A stretch of 60,929 nt of DNA, counting the filler. It is 4 parts of 4 records of this genome, joined end to end, with 100 filler letters (N's around TTAATTAATTAA, not from the genome) between each part and the next. Parts side by side here need not be neighbours in the genome. Positions count along the whole stretch, not along the records: positions 14,899 to 36,819 come from SRR31156797_1576; 3 more parts are not named here. The stretch is one strand, 5' to 3'. The notes below the pieces were generated by a model, which had not been told where the DNA came from, did no database searches, and saw only the letters and a list, made by a program, of their open reading frames with translations. Below, in pieces: positions 19,989 through 29,978 of the stretch. A program made the translations under genes and the position numbers. The first letter of the stretch is position 1. Each line of letters opens with the position of its first letter.

Positions 19989-22900
19989 TATAATTAATAC
20001 AGAATCGTCTGCAAGTAGTGCAGGATATAAATATCAGGATATTGTTGCTTTAAATAGTGTTGTTAACTTGTTAACTGATAATACTTTAAAAAAAGTTATT
20101 ATTGATAAAGATAATACTCCTCATATTGAAGATGTTGTTTTAGAATATATAGATAAGGTTGAGTATTTACAAGTCAAGCATTCAAATAGTGAAATCCAAG
20201 AAACATTTAAAAATAGTGATTTATTTTGTAAAGAAAAATCTCTCTTTTCTAAAACTTTTATCGGGTGGCAACATGAAAAAACTAAATTTGATACTATTAA
20301 AATAGTTCTTTTAGTAAATAAAACAGTTTCAACTCAAAAATCTAAAGGTTTTTTTTCTACTAAAAAGATTGTTGAAAGTATTAATTACACTAGAGATAAA
20401 AAAAGTGCTATAGATAAATTAATCTTAGAAAAGATGCAGTCTGATTTAAAAGATAATGGAGTTAAATTTACAATTACAGATATAAAACTATTTTTAAAAG
20501 ATTTATATTTTAAATTTAATAATCCACCTATGGAAGAATTACTAAAAAATATAGAAGAAAAATTAAAAGGTATAATTCAAACACCTAACATAATAAATCA
20601 TTTAAATACATTATATAAAGAAGTTTCTTTAGATGCTACAGCTAATAGTGTATCAAAGAGAACATATACTAAAGAAAAAGTTGAAAGAATTTTAGATTTA
20701 AATAAAAAGCAAAAATTTACACATTTTTATGATATACCAAAAAATTATATTGATATAGAAAATAATTTTTCAAATTTATATCGATCCTATAAAGAGCTTT
20801 CAAAAGGGTATATATTTTTCAAAGGTAAGGCAGGTTCTGGAAAAACATCATTTATTACTAAATTTTTATCTGAAATTGAAAAAGAAGATGATATTGCTGT
20901 TTTAAGATATTATTTATTTCATTTTGATGATAAGTCTAATGAAGATTCAAGTGAGAGGGTAATTAAAAACTATTTTTACTATGATTTATCTATACAACTA
21001 AGAAACTATTTAAGTAGTGACTTTGTGGGTGAAATATATTTAAATGAAGAATCAAATAATTATGAACTGTTTTGGAATAATCTAGAAGTTTTAGCTAGAA
21101 AATTTAAAAAAGTAATAATTGTAGTTGATGGTATTGATCATGCAATAAGAGCCAAAAGAGATATAAGTACATTTTTTGATGGCTTAAAATTACCAAATCA
21201 AATTATCAATAATGTTATATGTATTTTATCCGGTCAATCAAACTGGAAGGGTTACCCTAGTTGGCTAAAAAAAGAAGATAATAGTGAATATTTTAAGTCT
21301 GTTGAAATAGAACCTTTTCCTATGGAATTATGTAAACAATATATAGAGTCTTTAGATTATTGGTCTGATGGTAATCTTGTTGATTTTTTATCTTATCGAT
21401 CTTATGAAATAACAAAAGGTTACCCTTTAAATTTAAAAATATTTATTGATACTTTGAAAAATATTAATTCAATAGAGGAGATTGAAAAATATCTACAAAG
21501 TAATAACTATTTTGATAATTTTGAAAACTTGGAAGTGTATTATGATTTATTGTTTGAAGATGTTAAGTTAAAATACTTTGAAAATAATGGAAGTGAATTA
21601 CTTAAATTTCAGGCTTTACTTTGTTTATTAAAAGAGCCAATTAATGCTGAAACTATAGAAGCAATATTTAGTGAAATAGATATTTACAAATATAGTGAAA
21701 TAATAAGTAAAATAAAACCAATTTTATTACAAAAGAATGATGGGAATTATGAATTATTTCATAACGATATTAGGGTTTATCTTCATAGTAAAATTGATAT
21801 AAGTATTAGAAAAGATATGATAAGAAGGATAGCTAATTATTATATGGATAATATTGAGAGTAAATTTTCTCAAAAGTATTTAATTAAGTATTTATATGAT
21901 TTAAAAGATTATGAAAGTATAAAAAAGCTTTTAACTTTTGATAGGCTTGATTTAAAGTATAAGTTACTAAGAACACATCAAGAGATTATTAATGAACTTA
22001 ACATTGGAATAAAAGTAGCAAAAGAGCAAAAAGATCCATATTACTTATTGGAAATGGAATTAGTAAGTCATCAACATAATATGGTCATAAATAATTTAGA
22101 GGGTAGTGGAGAATTTGATTTTGACTTAGAGGCGAAAAAAGTGCCAAATTTATATTCTTTTATTGCCCCGTCAAAAGAAGATATCTCATATAGTGCAATA
22201 AATAAAAGAAAAACATTTTTTAATATTTTTTCAAAACTAGAATTAGAATCTTTAGAAACTAAAAAATACTTTTTTTATAAATTTTCATTTAATATTATTG
22301 AATATTTAAAAGATATAGATGATATTGGAGTTCATCAAGAAGATTCAAAAGAGTTTTTTTATCAATATTTTTATACCTATCTTCAAATAGATAAAGAATC
22401 CTCTATAAATGAATTCAAAGAAATTCAAGATTTATATGAAGTAAAAGATAATTTTTCATATATAAGAGATTGTTTTTTCTATGCTATACATGATCTATTT
22501 GAACTTGACTTAGAACAAATTAATTATTTTAGAAGTATTAAAATCAGTGTTTCTATAAAATCAGTAGTTAGTGCCTGTTATTATTTTTATAAAAATAGTG
22601 AATTTAAAAAATTAGAAAATATATTAAAAGCATTAATCGAAAATGGGTTTCTTTCTAATAATACTATATACATTGCTTATATAAGTGGATTAAAAGATTT
22701 ATTACCTTCCGATTATGAGATAAAATCTGTTTCTGATGAATTTGCAAACAATACAATGAACTATAGAAATAAAGTATTTAAATGGGCATATATAAGTACA
22801 AATAAATATGAATATAAAAATATATCGAATCTCTTTAGTAAGTTTAAATTTAGTCGGTTTGATAGTGAAGTTTATAAAGCAAATATATTTTTAGGATATT

Positions 22901-25449
22901 TATCTGCTAAAAATTTTTTATCAGTATCTGATATTGATGAGTTGTTCTTTTTTATTGATAATCAAAAACACTTTAACTTTTCTCAAATTACTGAATCAGT
23001 ACAAAAGTTTTTAGAGATAGTAAAAAATAATGATATAAAAATACATTTACTTAATACTTTTGCTGCTATTGAAGAAAGAATAAAAGATTATGATGAATTT
23101 ATATTTGCTTTTTATAAATGGTGTGAAGAATATAATTTTAATACTGATAAGTTTACTTTGAGAAAACTAGAAAATGATTTGAAAAATAGTATACATGGAT
23201 TAGAAACTTATTATAGGCAAGAAAGAGTTCATACTCTTATAAACATAAAGAAACATCTTCATGAAGATGTTTCTGAATATCAATATTTTTTACGAAAATA
23301 TTCTTTAGGATATGGATTTAGAAAAGATTATCAATCTGAATATTTTATGGCATATTTTACTAATCTACTTAAAAAAGATTATAATAGATATATTGATATT
23401 ATTTATGAGTTTTTGTTTATTGAACAATTTAAACAAAACGAACAGACAGAAAAAACTACTACATTAGAACAAGTATTAGAAGAAATATTATTAATAGTAG
23501 CTATAAATTCAAAAGCTGATTTATTCAATATATTAGAATACTTTTTTAAAGAAAATAATGGACTAGAGATACCAACTGAACTTTTTTTAAGGATTATCCC
23601 AAATACTATACAAAATGAAGAAGATGCTATAACGGCATTTTCACTTTTTAAAATGGGTACGACTTTTTCACAATATAATAATTTTAGAATTAGTGATGAA
23701 AAGATTATTGAAAATTTATCTAATGAACTTAAAAAATTTGATATTAGCTGTATAAATATTTTTAAAGATAATATTGTAAATGGGGATAACTATAATACTA
23801 AGGAATACAATAAAATTATAGAACGGAAATTTATAGAATTAATGAATAAATTGGTTAAAGATGGACGATTGACTTATAGATATTGGAATGAAGAAACAGC
23901 ATTATTATTTTATAATATCCAATTTCATGCTGATTTGTATTTTGAAAAAGTCTGTGAATCAAATCAAAGTTTTGGAATAGAAGCAATTCTAGAAGTGTTA
24001 CCTTTTATGAATGGTATTGATTTAGATAAAATGAACAATTTAGTATTAACGTACCTAGATAATTTATATAGTAATGTTAATGAAGATATAGAAACAATTC
24101 AAAAAAAGTATGCAACTTTTAATATAGAGATTTTATTAAACTTTTTAACAAAATATTTGTACTGTATAAATCCTAATGCTGTTGTTTCTGCAATACAATC
24201 ATATATACAAATAGGTGAATTTTTTATTGATGAAGTAGTCGAGTTTATTTTTAATAGTATCGATTTTAATAAGTTGTTTCACTGTAAATTATGGTTAGAT
24301 ATTTTAATTGAGTTACCATTAAATAAATATTCTAATTTAGATGATTTAAAAAGAAAAATTGTTGAATTTAGTAAAAAATCTAATTATGTATACTTAGATT
24401 ATAGTATAAAAAAACTATTTAATATTTTAAATATGGAGTATAAAAAAGATTACTCTTATTTTACTTTAGATTTACCATCAAGTATTATTGTAGAAAAAGA
24501 TAGAGAAGTTGGAAATTATAAAGACTTTTTTTTAAGTACAGAATATAAAACAGTTAAAAGTTTTATTCTTAAGGTCAATAAAATAACAAGTTTAAGTGAA
24601 AAATTTATATTTGAAAAAATTAACTTTTTTAAGGAAACTAAAAAGGTTGAAGTTTCATATTATAGAAATTGTTCAAAGGATATAATGTTATTGGGTTTTG
24701 ATAGTTCATTTTATAAATCGGAACTTGTGCAGTATTTATATGAAGAAAATTATATAAAGAAAATACAAAAAGATTATTTGATGCAAATAATTCAAGGATA
24801 TGACTTAAATGTAGTTAGACAGGAAAACTATAAGCCTTTTTATATTAAGAACTTCCCTAATGTAGATATTCAAGAAGAACTCGATACTTATATTGAAAGA
24901 CTTAAAATTGAGGATATAATAACAGATGTTTCCAAAGTTTTTTCTGGAAACTGGGAAGAAAAATTAGAAAGAGATTATATTATTAGGTGTGATATTAATA
25001 CATTTATTTTAAAAGATATATTATTTAAATCATTAAAAGGGAATCTTGATATATTAGAAAAATTTTATTTTAATTTTGGAGTTGATAGCTATTATTTAAA
25101 AGATAAGAATCCTTACCATGTATCTATTTCTACACTTAATCCAATTTCTTTAACAATAAAGTCATCAACAAAATGTTTTAGTAATACAAGTTTTCAAAAT
25201 TCGCAATTAATTTATATCCCTAATAATTCAGTAGAAACAAATTTAATAAGATGGAATTATGGGAATTCTTACTCTAGTGATTACCATCAATTGCATTATC
25301 AAGGTTTTGGACAAATTAATGAATTAGCTTCTGAAGTTAAAATTCAAAAAGATGAAGTAATGATCAAAATTTGTGAATTGGAAATATTTCACAAAGAGAA
25401 TAATGAAAAAATCAGCAGAGTATTTTTACTAAAGGAGAAGCAAGTATGA
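19981..25449 (+). CDS. Avs-like antiviral STAND protein: Cap4/DUF4297-type PD-(D/E)XK nuclease + NACHT-like NTPase + long helical sensor region
   Basis: N-terminal AGYKYQD...IEDVV...YLQVKH, Walker A GKAGSGKT, Walker B IIVVDGIDH, GYPL, FHND and about 1200 aa of C-terminal sequence. Confidence 0.8.
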   Translation: MNNIINTESSASSAGYKYQDIVALNSVVNLLTDNTLKKVIIDKDNTPHIEDVVLEYIDKVEYLQVKHSNSEIQETFKNSDLFCKEKSLFSKTFIGWQHEKTKFDTIKIVLLVNKTVSTQKSKGFFSTKKIVESINYTRDKKSAIDKLILEKMQSDLKDNGVKFTITDIKLFLKDLYFKFNNPPMEELLKNIEEKLKGIIQTPNIINHLNTLYKEVSLDATANSVSKRTYTKEKVERILDLNKKQKFTHFYDIPKNYIDIENNFSNLYRSYKELSKGYIFFKGKAGSGKTSFITKFLSEIEKEDDIAVLRYYLFHFDDKSNEDSSERVIKNYFYYDLSIQLRNYLSSDFVGEIYLNEESNNYELFWNNLEVLARKFKKVIIVVDGIDHAIRAKRDISTFFDGLKLPNQIINNVICILSGQSNWKGYPSWLKKEDNSEYFKSVEIEPFPMELCKQYIESLDYWSDGNLVDFLSYRSYEITKGYPLNLKIFIDTLKNINSIEEIEKYLQSNNYFDNFENLEVYYDLLFEDVKLKYFENNGSELLKFQALLCLLKEPINAETIEAIFSEIDIYKYSEIISKIKPILLQKNDGNYELFHNDIRVYLHSKIDISIRKDMIRRIANYYMDNIESKFSQKYLIKYLYDLKDYESIKKLLTFDRLDLKYKLLRTHQEIINELNIGIKVAKEQKDPYYLLEMELVSHQHNMVINNLEGSGEFDFDLEAKKVPNLYSFIAPSKEDISYSAINKRKTFFNIFSKLELESLETKKYFFYKFSFNIIEYLKDIDDIGVHQEDSKEFFYQYFYTYLQIDKESSINEFKEIQDLYEVKDNFSYIRDCFFYAIHDLFELDLEQINYFRSIKISVSIKSVVSACYYFYKNSEFKKLENILKALIENGFLSNNTIYIAYISGLKDLLPSDYEIKSVSDEFANNTMNYRNKVFKWAYISTNKYEYKNISNLFSKFKFSRFDSEVYKANIFLGYLSAKNFLSVSDIDELFFFIDNQKHFNFSQITESVQKFLEIVKNNDIKIHLLNTFAAIEERIKDYDEFIFAFYKWCEEYNFNTDKFTLRKLENDLKNSIHGLETYYRQERVHTLINIKKHLHEDVSEYQYFLRKYSLGYGFRKDYQSEYFMAYFTNLLKKDYNRYIDIIYEFLFIEQFKQNEQTEKTTTLEQVLEEILLIVAINSKADLFNILEYFFKENNGLEIPTELFLRIIPNTIQNEEDAITAFSLFKMGTTFSQYNNFRISDEKIIENLSNELKKFDISCINIFKDNIVNGDNYNTKEYNKIIERKFIELMNKLVKDGRLTYRYWNEETALLFYNIQFHADLYFEKVCESNQSFGIEAILEVLPFMNGIDLDKMNNLVLTYLDNLYSNVNEDIETIQKKYATFNIEILLNFLTKYLYCINPNAVVSAIQSYIQIGEFFIDEVVEFIFNSIDFNKLFHCKLWLDILIELPLNKYSNLDDLKRKIVEFSKKSNYVYLDYSIKKLFNILNMEYKKDYSYFTLDLPSSIIVEKDREVGNYKDFFLSTEYKTVKSFILKVNKITSLSEKFIFEKINFFKETKKVEVSYYRNCSKDIMLLGFDSSFYKSELVQYLYEENYIKKIQKDYLMQIIQGYDLNVVRQENYKPFYIKNFPNVDIQEELDTYIERLKIEDIITDVSKVFSGNWEEKLERDYIIRCDINTFILKDILFKSLKGNLDILEKFYFNFGVDSYYLKDKNPYHVSISTLNPISLTIKSSTKCFSNTSFQNSQLIYIPNNSVETNLIRWNYGNSYSSDYHQLHYQGFGQINELASEVKIQKDEVMIKICELEIFHKENNEKISRVFLLKEKQV

Positions 25450-26513
25450 CCCCATTTATCCCAAAAAACTTACCCCTACCACAAAATATAGAAACAACAA
25501 AAGTACTAAAAAAGTCAATTAGTGCAAATAAAGCATTAGCTAGACTTAACGGTGTGGCAAAAATTATACCAAATAGCAATATTCTGATAAACTCATTGGT
25601 GCTTCAAGAGGCAAAAGACAGTTCAGAGATAGAGAATATTATTACCACTCACGATGAGCTATATCGTGCGGGTATAGATATATCAAGTGTAACACGTGAG
25701 GCTAAAGAAGTCCAAAACTATAAGCAGGCTTTGCTTTTGGGGTATGAGCTTGTAAAAGAGCATAAACTTTTATTAAAAAAGCATATTATAGCTATACAGC
25801 AAGAACTAGAGCAAAATAGTGCGGGGGTTAGAAAACAAAGCGGTACGAATCTAAAAAATGCAGTTACGGGGGAAGTGATATATACACCGCCCCAAGATTA
25901 TGAAACTATACAAGATCTTTTATCAAATCTTGAAAACTATATAAATGAATCCAATGATATAGATCCGCTTGTAAATATGGCGATTATCCATTATCAGTTC
26001 GAGTCTATTCATCCATTTTATGACGGTAACGGTAGGACGGGGAGGATCATAAATATCTTGTATCTTATTTTAAAAGATGTTTTGGATATACCTATTTTGT
26101 ATCTTAGCCGTTATATTATCCAAAATAAAAGTGATTATTATAGGTTATTACAAGAAGTAAGAACAGAAGATAAAATGGAAGAGTGGATCTTATATATGCT
26201 TGATGGAGTTGAAAAAACTTCTATAGAAACAGTTGAACTTATTGAAAATATAAAAGAATTAATGGATAAAATAACGGAAGAGTTAAAAGAAAAATTGCCA
26301 AAGATTTATAGTAAAGATTTAGTAGAAATACTTTTTATGCATCCATATACCAAGATAGATTTTTTGGTAGATATATTAGGATTGCATAGGCAGACAGCTT
26401 CAACATATTTAAAAGAGTTGGAAAAATTAGGAATATTAAAAACCATTAAGTTAGGGAGAAGTAAATATTTTATTAATTTGGAGCTTTTTAATATGTTAAA
26501 AAAAGGGATATAA
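25446..26513 (+). CDS. Fic family AMPylase (class II, SoFic-like) with C-terminal HTH
   Basis: Intact HPFYDGNGRTGR catalytic motif, SSEIENI inhibitory motif and HTH LGLHRQTASTYLKELEKLGIL. Confidence 0.93.
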   Translation: MTPFIPKNLPLPQNIETTKVLKKSISANKALARLNGVAKIIPNSNILINSLVLQEAKDSSEIENIITTHDELYRAGIDISSVTREAKEVQNYKQALLLGYELVKEHKLLLKKHIIAIQQELEQNSAGVRKQSGTNLKNAVTGEVIYTPPQDYETIQDLLSNLENYINESNDIDPLVNMAIIHYQFESIHPFYDGNGRTGRIINILYLILKDVLDIPILYLSRYIIQNKSDYYRLLQEVRTEDKMEEWILYMLDGVEKTSIETVELIENIKELMDKITEELKEKLPKIYSKDLVEILFMHPYTKIDFLVDILGLHRQTASTYLKELEKLGILKTIKLGRSKYFINLELFNMLKKGI

Positions 26514-26610
26514 ATCGACATATTAAAATTATATGTCGAAAAAACAAAATAATTTCGACATATTTTACTGATATGTTAAAAAAATCAAAAAATTTTTACA
26601 TATATAAAGA
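26491..26610. repeat. 3 x 40-bp tandem array of palindromic half-sites
   Basis: ATATGTYRAA recurs at 26491, 26531 and 26571. Its complement TYKACATAT recurs at 26515, 26555 and 26595. Confidence 0.85.
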
Positions 26611-26616
26611 GAAACA

Positions 26617-28590
26617 TTGACCCAAACCCAAAAATACTACGCCTACGACATAGAAACTTTTCCAAATGTTTTCTCCTGTACTATCCAAAATATAGAAATA
26701 GGTACAATCAAAGTATTTGAAATAAGCACTAGAAAAAATGACAGCGTAAAGTTTTATAAAACACTTCTTTGGCTAAGCCAAGCTCAAAAAATACTTGTAG
26801 GGTACAATAACTTAGGCTTTGATTATCCCGTGATACGATATTTTTCTTCTATTTTTGATAAAAACCTAGATGGAGGAACAATAGCTCAAAAGCTTTATGA
26901 ATACGCCAATAGTATTATAAAAGATAGAGCAAATATTGTCTATGAAAAAAAAAGTATCTCTATCTTACAATTAGACCTTATGAAAGTACACCATTTTGAT
27001 AATAAGGCAAAAAGAGTAAGTCTCAAAGTACTTGAATTTAACATGCGTTCAAAAAATATTGAAGATCTTCCTTTTAAGCCTGGGACAAAACTAGATGAAA
27101 ACGACATAGATACTTTGATAAAGTACAATATCCATGATGTAAAAGAGACGGTGAAGTTTTTTCATCACTCCATTGATGCTATACGATTTCGAGAAGAACT
27201 GAGTGAAAAGTATAAAGAAAATATGATGAACTACAGCGATATGAAGATCGGCAAGCAGTTTTTTATCCGTAATCTTGAAGAGAAGTTAGGGAGTGATATC
27301 TGTTTTAAAGATGGTAAGCCTAGGCAGACTATAAGAAACTATATAGATTTTTCAAAGATCATCTTTGAGTGCGTAGAGTTTCAAACGAAGCCATTTATAT
27401 TACTCAAAGAGTATCTTTCAAAGCAGTTTACCAATGATACGAAAAAAGTATTTGTCAATATCTCTAAAGAGGAGTTAGGAGGACTATCTGAGCATATGGA
27501 TATCACAAAAGGTGGCATTGCCCACTCATTACATCTGATCTATAAAGATTTTATCTTTTACTTTGGGACAGGTGGACTTCATGGGAGTGTGGAGAGTTGT
27601 TATTATGAAGAAGATAGGGAGTATTGTATCTATGATGTGGATGTGGCAAGTTATTATCCTAGTATTGTAGTTCATAATAAGTTATATCCTGAACATTTAG
27701 GAGTAGAGTTTGCCGATATTTATAATGAGATTAGAGCGCTACGTTTTAGTTACTCTAAAGGGACACCTGAAAATAAGATGTTAAAACTAGCACTTAACGC
27801 CGCAGGGTTTGGAGATACCAATAATCAGTATAGCCCATTTTATGATTATCAGATGACTATCACTATCACTTTAAACGGTCAGTTGATGTTATGTATGCTT
27901 TCCGAGATGCTTTTTCTAGGAATTGAATCTATGTCACTTATCCAAGCAAATACCGATGGTCTAACAGTTCGATTTAAAAAAGAGAATAAGGAGCAGTTTT
28001 TTGGTATCTTAAAGCAGTGGGAACAAAAGACAGGGATGGAGCTAGAAAAGACAGAATACACCCATATGTGGATAAGAGATGTCAATAACTACATCGCAAA
28101 AAGTAGTGATGGAAAAGTAAAACAAATAGGAGCTTATAAAGCTGATCTTGAATGGCACCAAAATCACTCAGCACTTGTAGTACCAAAAGCTGTAACTGCG
28201 TATTTGATAGAGGGTATAGAAGTAGAAGAGTTTATTAAAAGTCACCAAGATAAATTTAACTTTTTTATCAACTACAAAGCCCCAAGAGGCTCACGTCTAG
28301 TATTAGAAGAGATACAAGGGAATAGAAAAGTATATAAAGAGCTTCAAAATACTATTCGATACTATATATCAAAAGAAGGAGCTCCTTTAAAAAAACTAAT
28401 GTCACCGATTAAAGACAATACCGAGGAGAGAGTGATCGGTATCAATGTGGGATATAATATCAAAGTATGCAATGATGCAGATCAGTTTGATTTTGATGAT
28501 TTGCATTATGAGTGGTATATTAGTGAAGCGAAAAAATTGATTGAACCTCTATTTGGGAGTAAGGCTAGGAGTCTTTTTGATTTTGTTTAG
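26617..28590 (+). CDS. phage-type family B DNA polymerase with 3'-5' exonuclease domain
   Basis: ExoI YDIET, ExoII GYNNLGFDYP, ExoIII YNIHDV. Motif A DVDVASYYP, motif B KLALNAAGFG, motif C QANTDG, then RDVNNYIA. Confidence 0.9.
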   Translation: MTQTQKYYAYDIETFPNVFSCTIQNIEIGTIKVFEISTRKNDSVKFYKTLLWLSQAQKILVGYNNLGFDYPVIRYFSSIFDKNLDGGTIAQKLYEYANSIIKDRANIVYEKKSISILQLDLMKVHHFDNKAKRVSLKVLEFNMRSKNIEDLPFKPGTKLDENDIDTLIKYNIHDVKETVKFFHHSIDAIRFREELSEKYKENMMNYSDMKIGKQFFIRNLEEKLGSDICFKDGKPRQTIRNYIDFSKIIFECVEFQTKPFILLKEYLSKQFTNDTKKVFVNISKEELGGLSEHMDITKGGIAHSLHLIYKDFIFYFGTGGLHGSVESCYYEEDREYCIYDVDVASYYPSIVVHNKLYPEHLGVEFADIYNEIRALRFSYSKGTPENKMLKLALNAAGFGDTNNQYSPFYDYQMTITITLNGQLMLCMLSEMLFLGIESMSLIQANTDGLTVRFKKENKEQFFGILKQWEQKTGMELEKTEYTHMWIRDVNNYIAKSSDGKVKQIGAYKADLEWHQNHSALVVPKAVTAYLIEGIEVEEFIKSHQDKFNFFINYKAPRGSRLVLEEIQGNRKVYKELQNTIRYYISKEGAPLKKLMSPIKDNTEERVIGINVGYNIKVCNDADQFDFDDLHYEWYISEAKKLIEPLFGSKARSLFDFV

Positions 28591-29386
28591 TGAAATGCTC
28601 AAGTAAGTATTTTGTACTATATTTATAAAACTTTTTCTCTATAAGTTTTAAGTCTCTTATATCACCTTTGAACCTATTAAAATCATCTAAAAAAGTTTCA
28701 AAGTTCGTATTTTTTAATGCTTTATTATCTGAAAATAAAAATTGATGAAAATTATCAAAGGTTTCTTTTTTATTGATAATCCTATAGGTTTTATTTGGAT
28801 ATTTTTCCAAGATATATTTTTTGATTTTTGGATATAAAATATCTTGGGTAAATTTCATCCTAAACTTACTAAACTCTTCTAATTCTTTCTCTTTTCCATA
28901 AGCTTTTGTTGTAGTTTCTAAAGTTGAAGTTTTTTTGTCTTCATTTTGTATAAATTTATACTTTGTAGTATGTGGATATAGATTGGATTCAAATTTATAC
29001 AATCTATCAAGTACTTTATCAAAAATATAACCGTGGAGTGAAAATATCTCGCCGTAAATCAGTTTTTTCTTCTCAATTAATCTACACCAATCTCCAAAGA
29101 GATAGAGTTTATACTTTTTGTCAAGGTGTGTTTGTCCATGTTGAAGTTGGTATTTATAGTTTGCTTTATCCCATTGTTTTAAGTTTTTAAATTTTGATAA
29201 ATCTTCATTTGTACCATACTTTACAATTCTAATTTTATTTTTACCAAAACCAACTTTCTTTTGATGTTTCAAAAATATTGTATATTTTTCATAGTCACTT
29301 AAAAGTGCCCAGAGTTCATCTTTTTGTTTTTGATTGAGATTTTTATAAAATGATATTTTCTCTTTTAGTATGCTTTCTATTGACAT
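28565..29386 (-). CDS. hypothetical protein (Lys-rich, 273 aa)
   Basis: Long ORF in AT-rich DNA with an AAGG RBS upstream. Co-oriented 29 bp downstream of the antitoxin gene. Confidence 0.75.
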   Translation of the reverse strand: MSIESILKEKISFYKNLNQKQKDELWALLSDYEKYTIFLKHQKKVGFGKNKIRIVKYGTNEDLSKFKNLKQWDKANYKYQLQHGQTHLDKKYKLYLFGDWCRLIEKKKLIYGEIFSLHGYIFDKVLDRLYKFESNLYPHTTKYKFIQNEDKKTSTLETTTKAYGKEKELEEFSKFRMKFTQDILYPKIKKYILEKYPNKTYRIINKKETFDNFHQFLFSDNKALKNTNFETFLDDFNRFKGDIRDLKLIEKKFYKYSTKYLLEHFTKQNQKDS

Positions 29387-29415
29387 TATTTTCCTTAGAC
29401 TTTTGTTTATCTCTA

Positions 29416-29697
29416 TTAGCCTATTTTCTGTATTAGTCTACCTGTTGCATACTGATGAAGTATACTTGATACCAATGTTTGATAAGGCAAGCCTAATTCA
29501 ACAGCATTGGTTTTTAAAGCTTCTAGGTCATGAGCTGATAATCGTATATTTATTCTTTTGTCTTTTTTTAAAGTGTTTTTTGCGATTTCTTGATGAGATT
29601 TTATCTCTTCATCCAAGTTTTTTACCGACTCCCATTCACCACTTTCTATCGATTCTAATAATTCTTGCTCTTCATTATCTAAAGTATAGTTTATCAT
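29416..29697 (-). CDS. CopG/RHH-type antitoxin, partner of the BrnT-like toxin
   Basis: KDKRINIRLS..DL..LK..A...GLPYQTL..SILH. ATGA overlap with the toxin gene. Confidence 0.85.
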   Translation of the reverse strand: MINYTLDNEEQELLESIESGEWESVKNLDEEIKSHQEIAKNTLKKDKRINIRLSAHDLEALKTNAVELGLPYQTLVSSILHQYATGRLIQKIG

Positions 29698-29972
29698 TTT
29701 CGACCTCCTAAATATTTTTTTGTTAATTGTCTATTTGGAATAATGGTTTTTAAAAATCTTTCATTTTTATTTTCAACAAATGGTATTGCATAAATATAGT
29801 TCTTGATATTGACCACTAATATTTTCTGATTAGCGTATTTTTCACTGTTAGGATGTTGGATAATATCTAATAAGTCACCTTGTTCAATATGCATAACAAC
29901 TTGCTCAAAACTAATATCTCTAGTTTGTTTTAATAAAAGGTTTTTTTCTTTATTCCAATTGTATGTAATCAT
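29694..29972 (-). CDS. BrnT-like type II toxin (toxin-first pair)
   Basis: WNKEKN..LK..R.ISFE and FLKTIIP.R..TKKY pattern, 92 aa. Confidence 0.82.
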   Translation of the reverse strand: MITYNWNKEKNLLLKQTRDISFEQVVMHIEQGDLLDIIQHPNSEKYANQKILVVNIKNYIYAIPFVENKNERFLKTIIPNRQLTKKYLGGRK

Positions 29973-29978
29973 GTAATG

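Noticed and set aside
26491-26610. 40-bp array considered as a CRISPR
   Set aside because: No unique spacers of CRISPR length, degenerate units and no cas genes.
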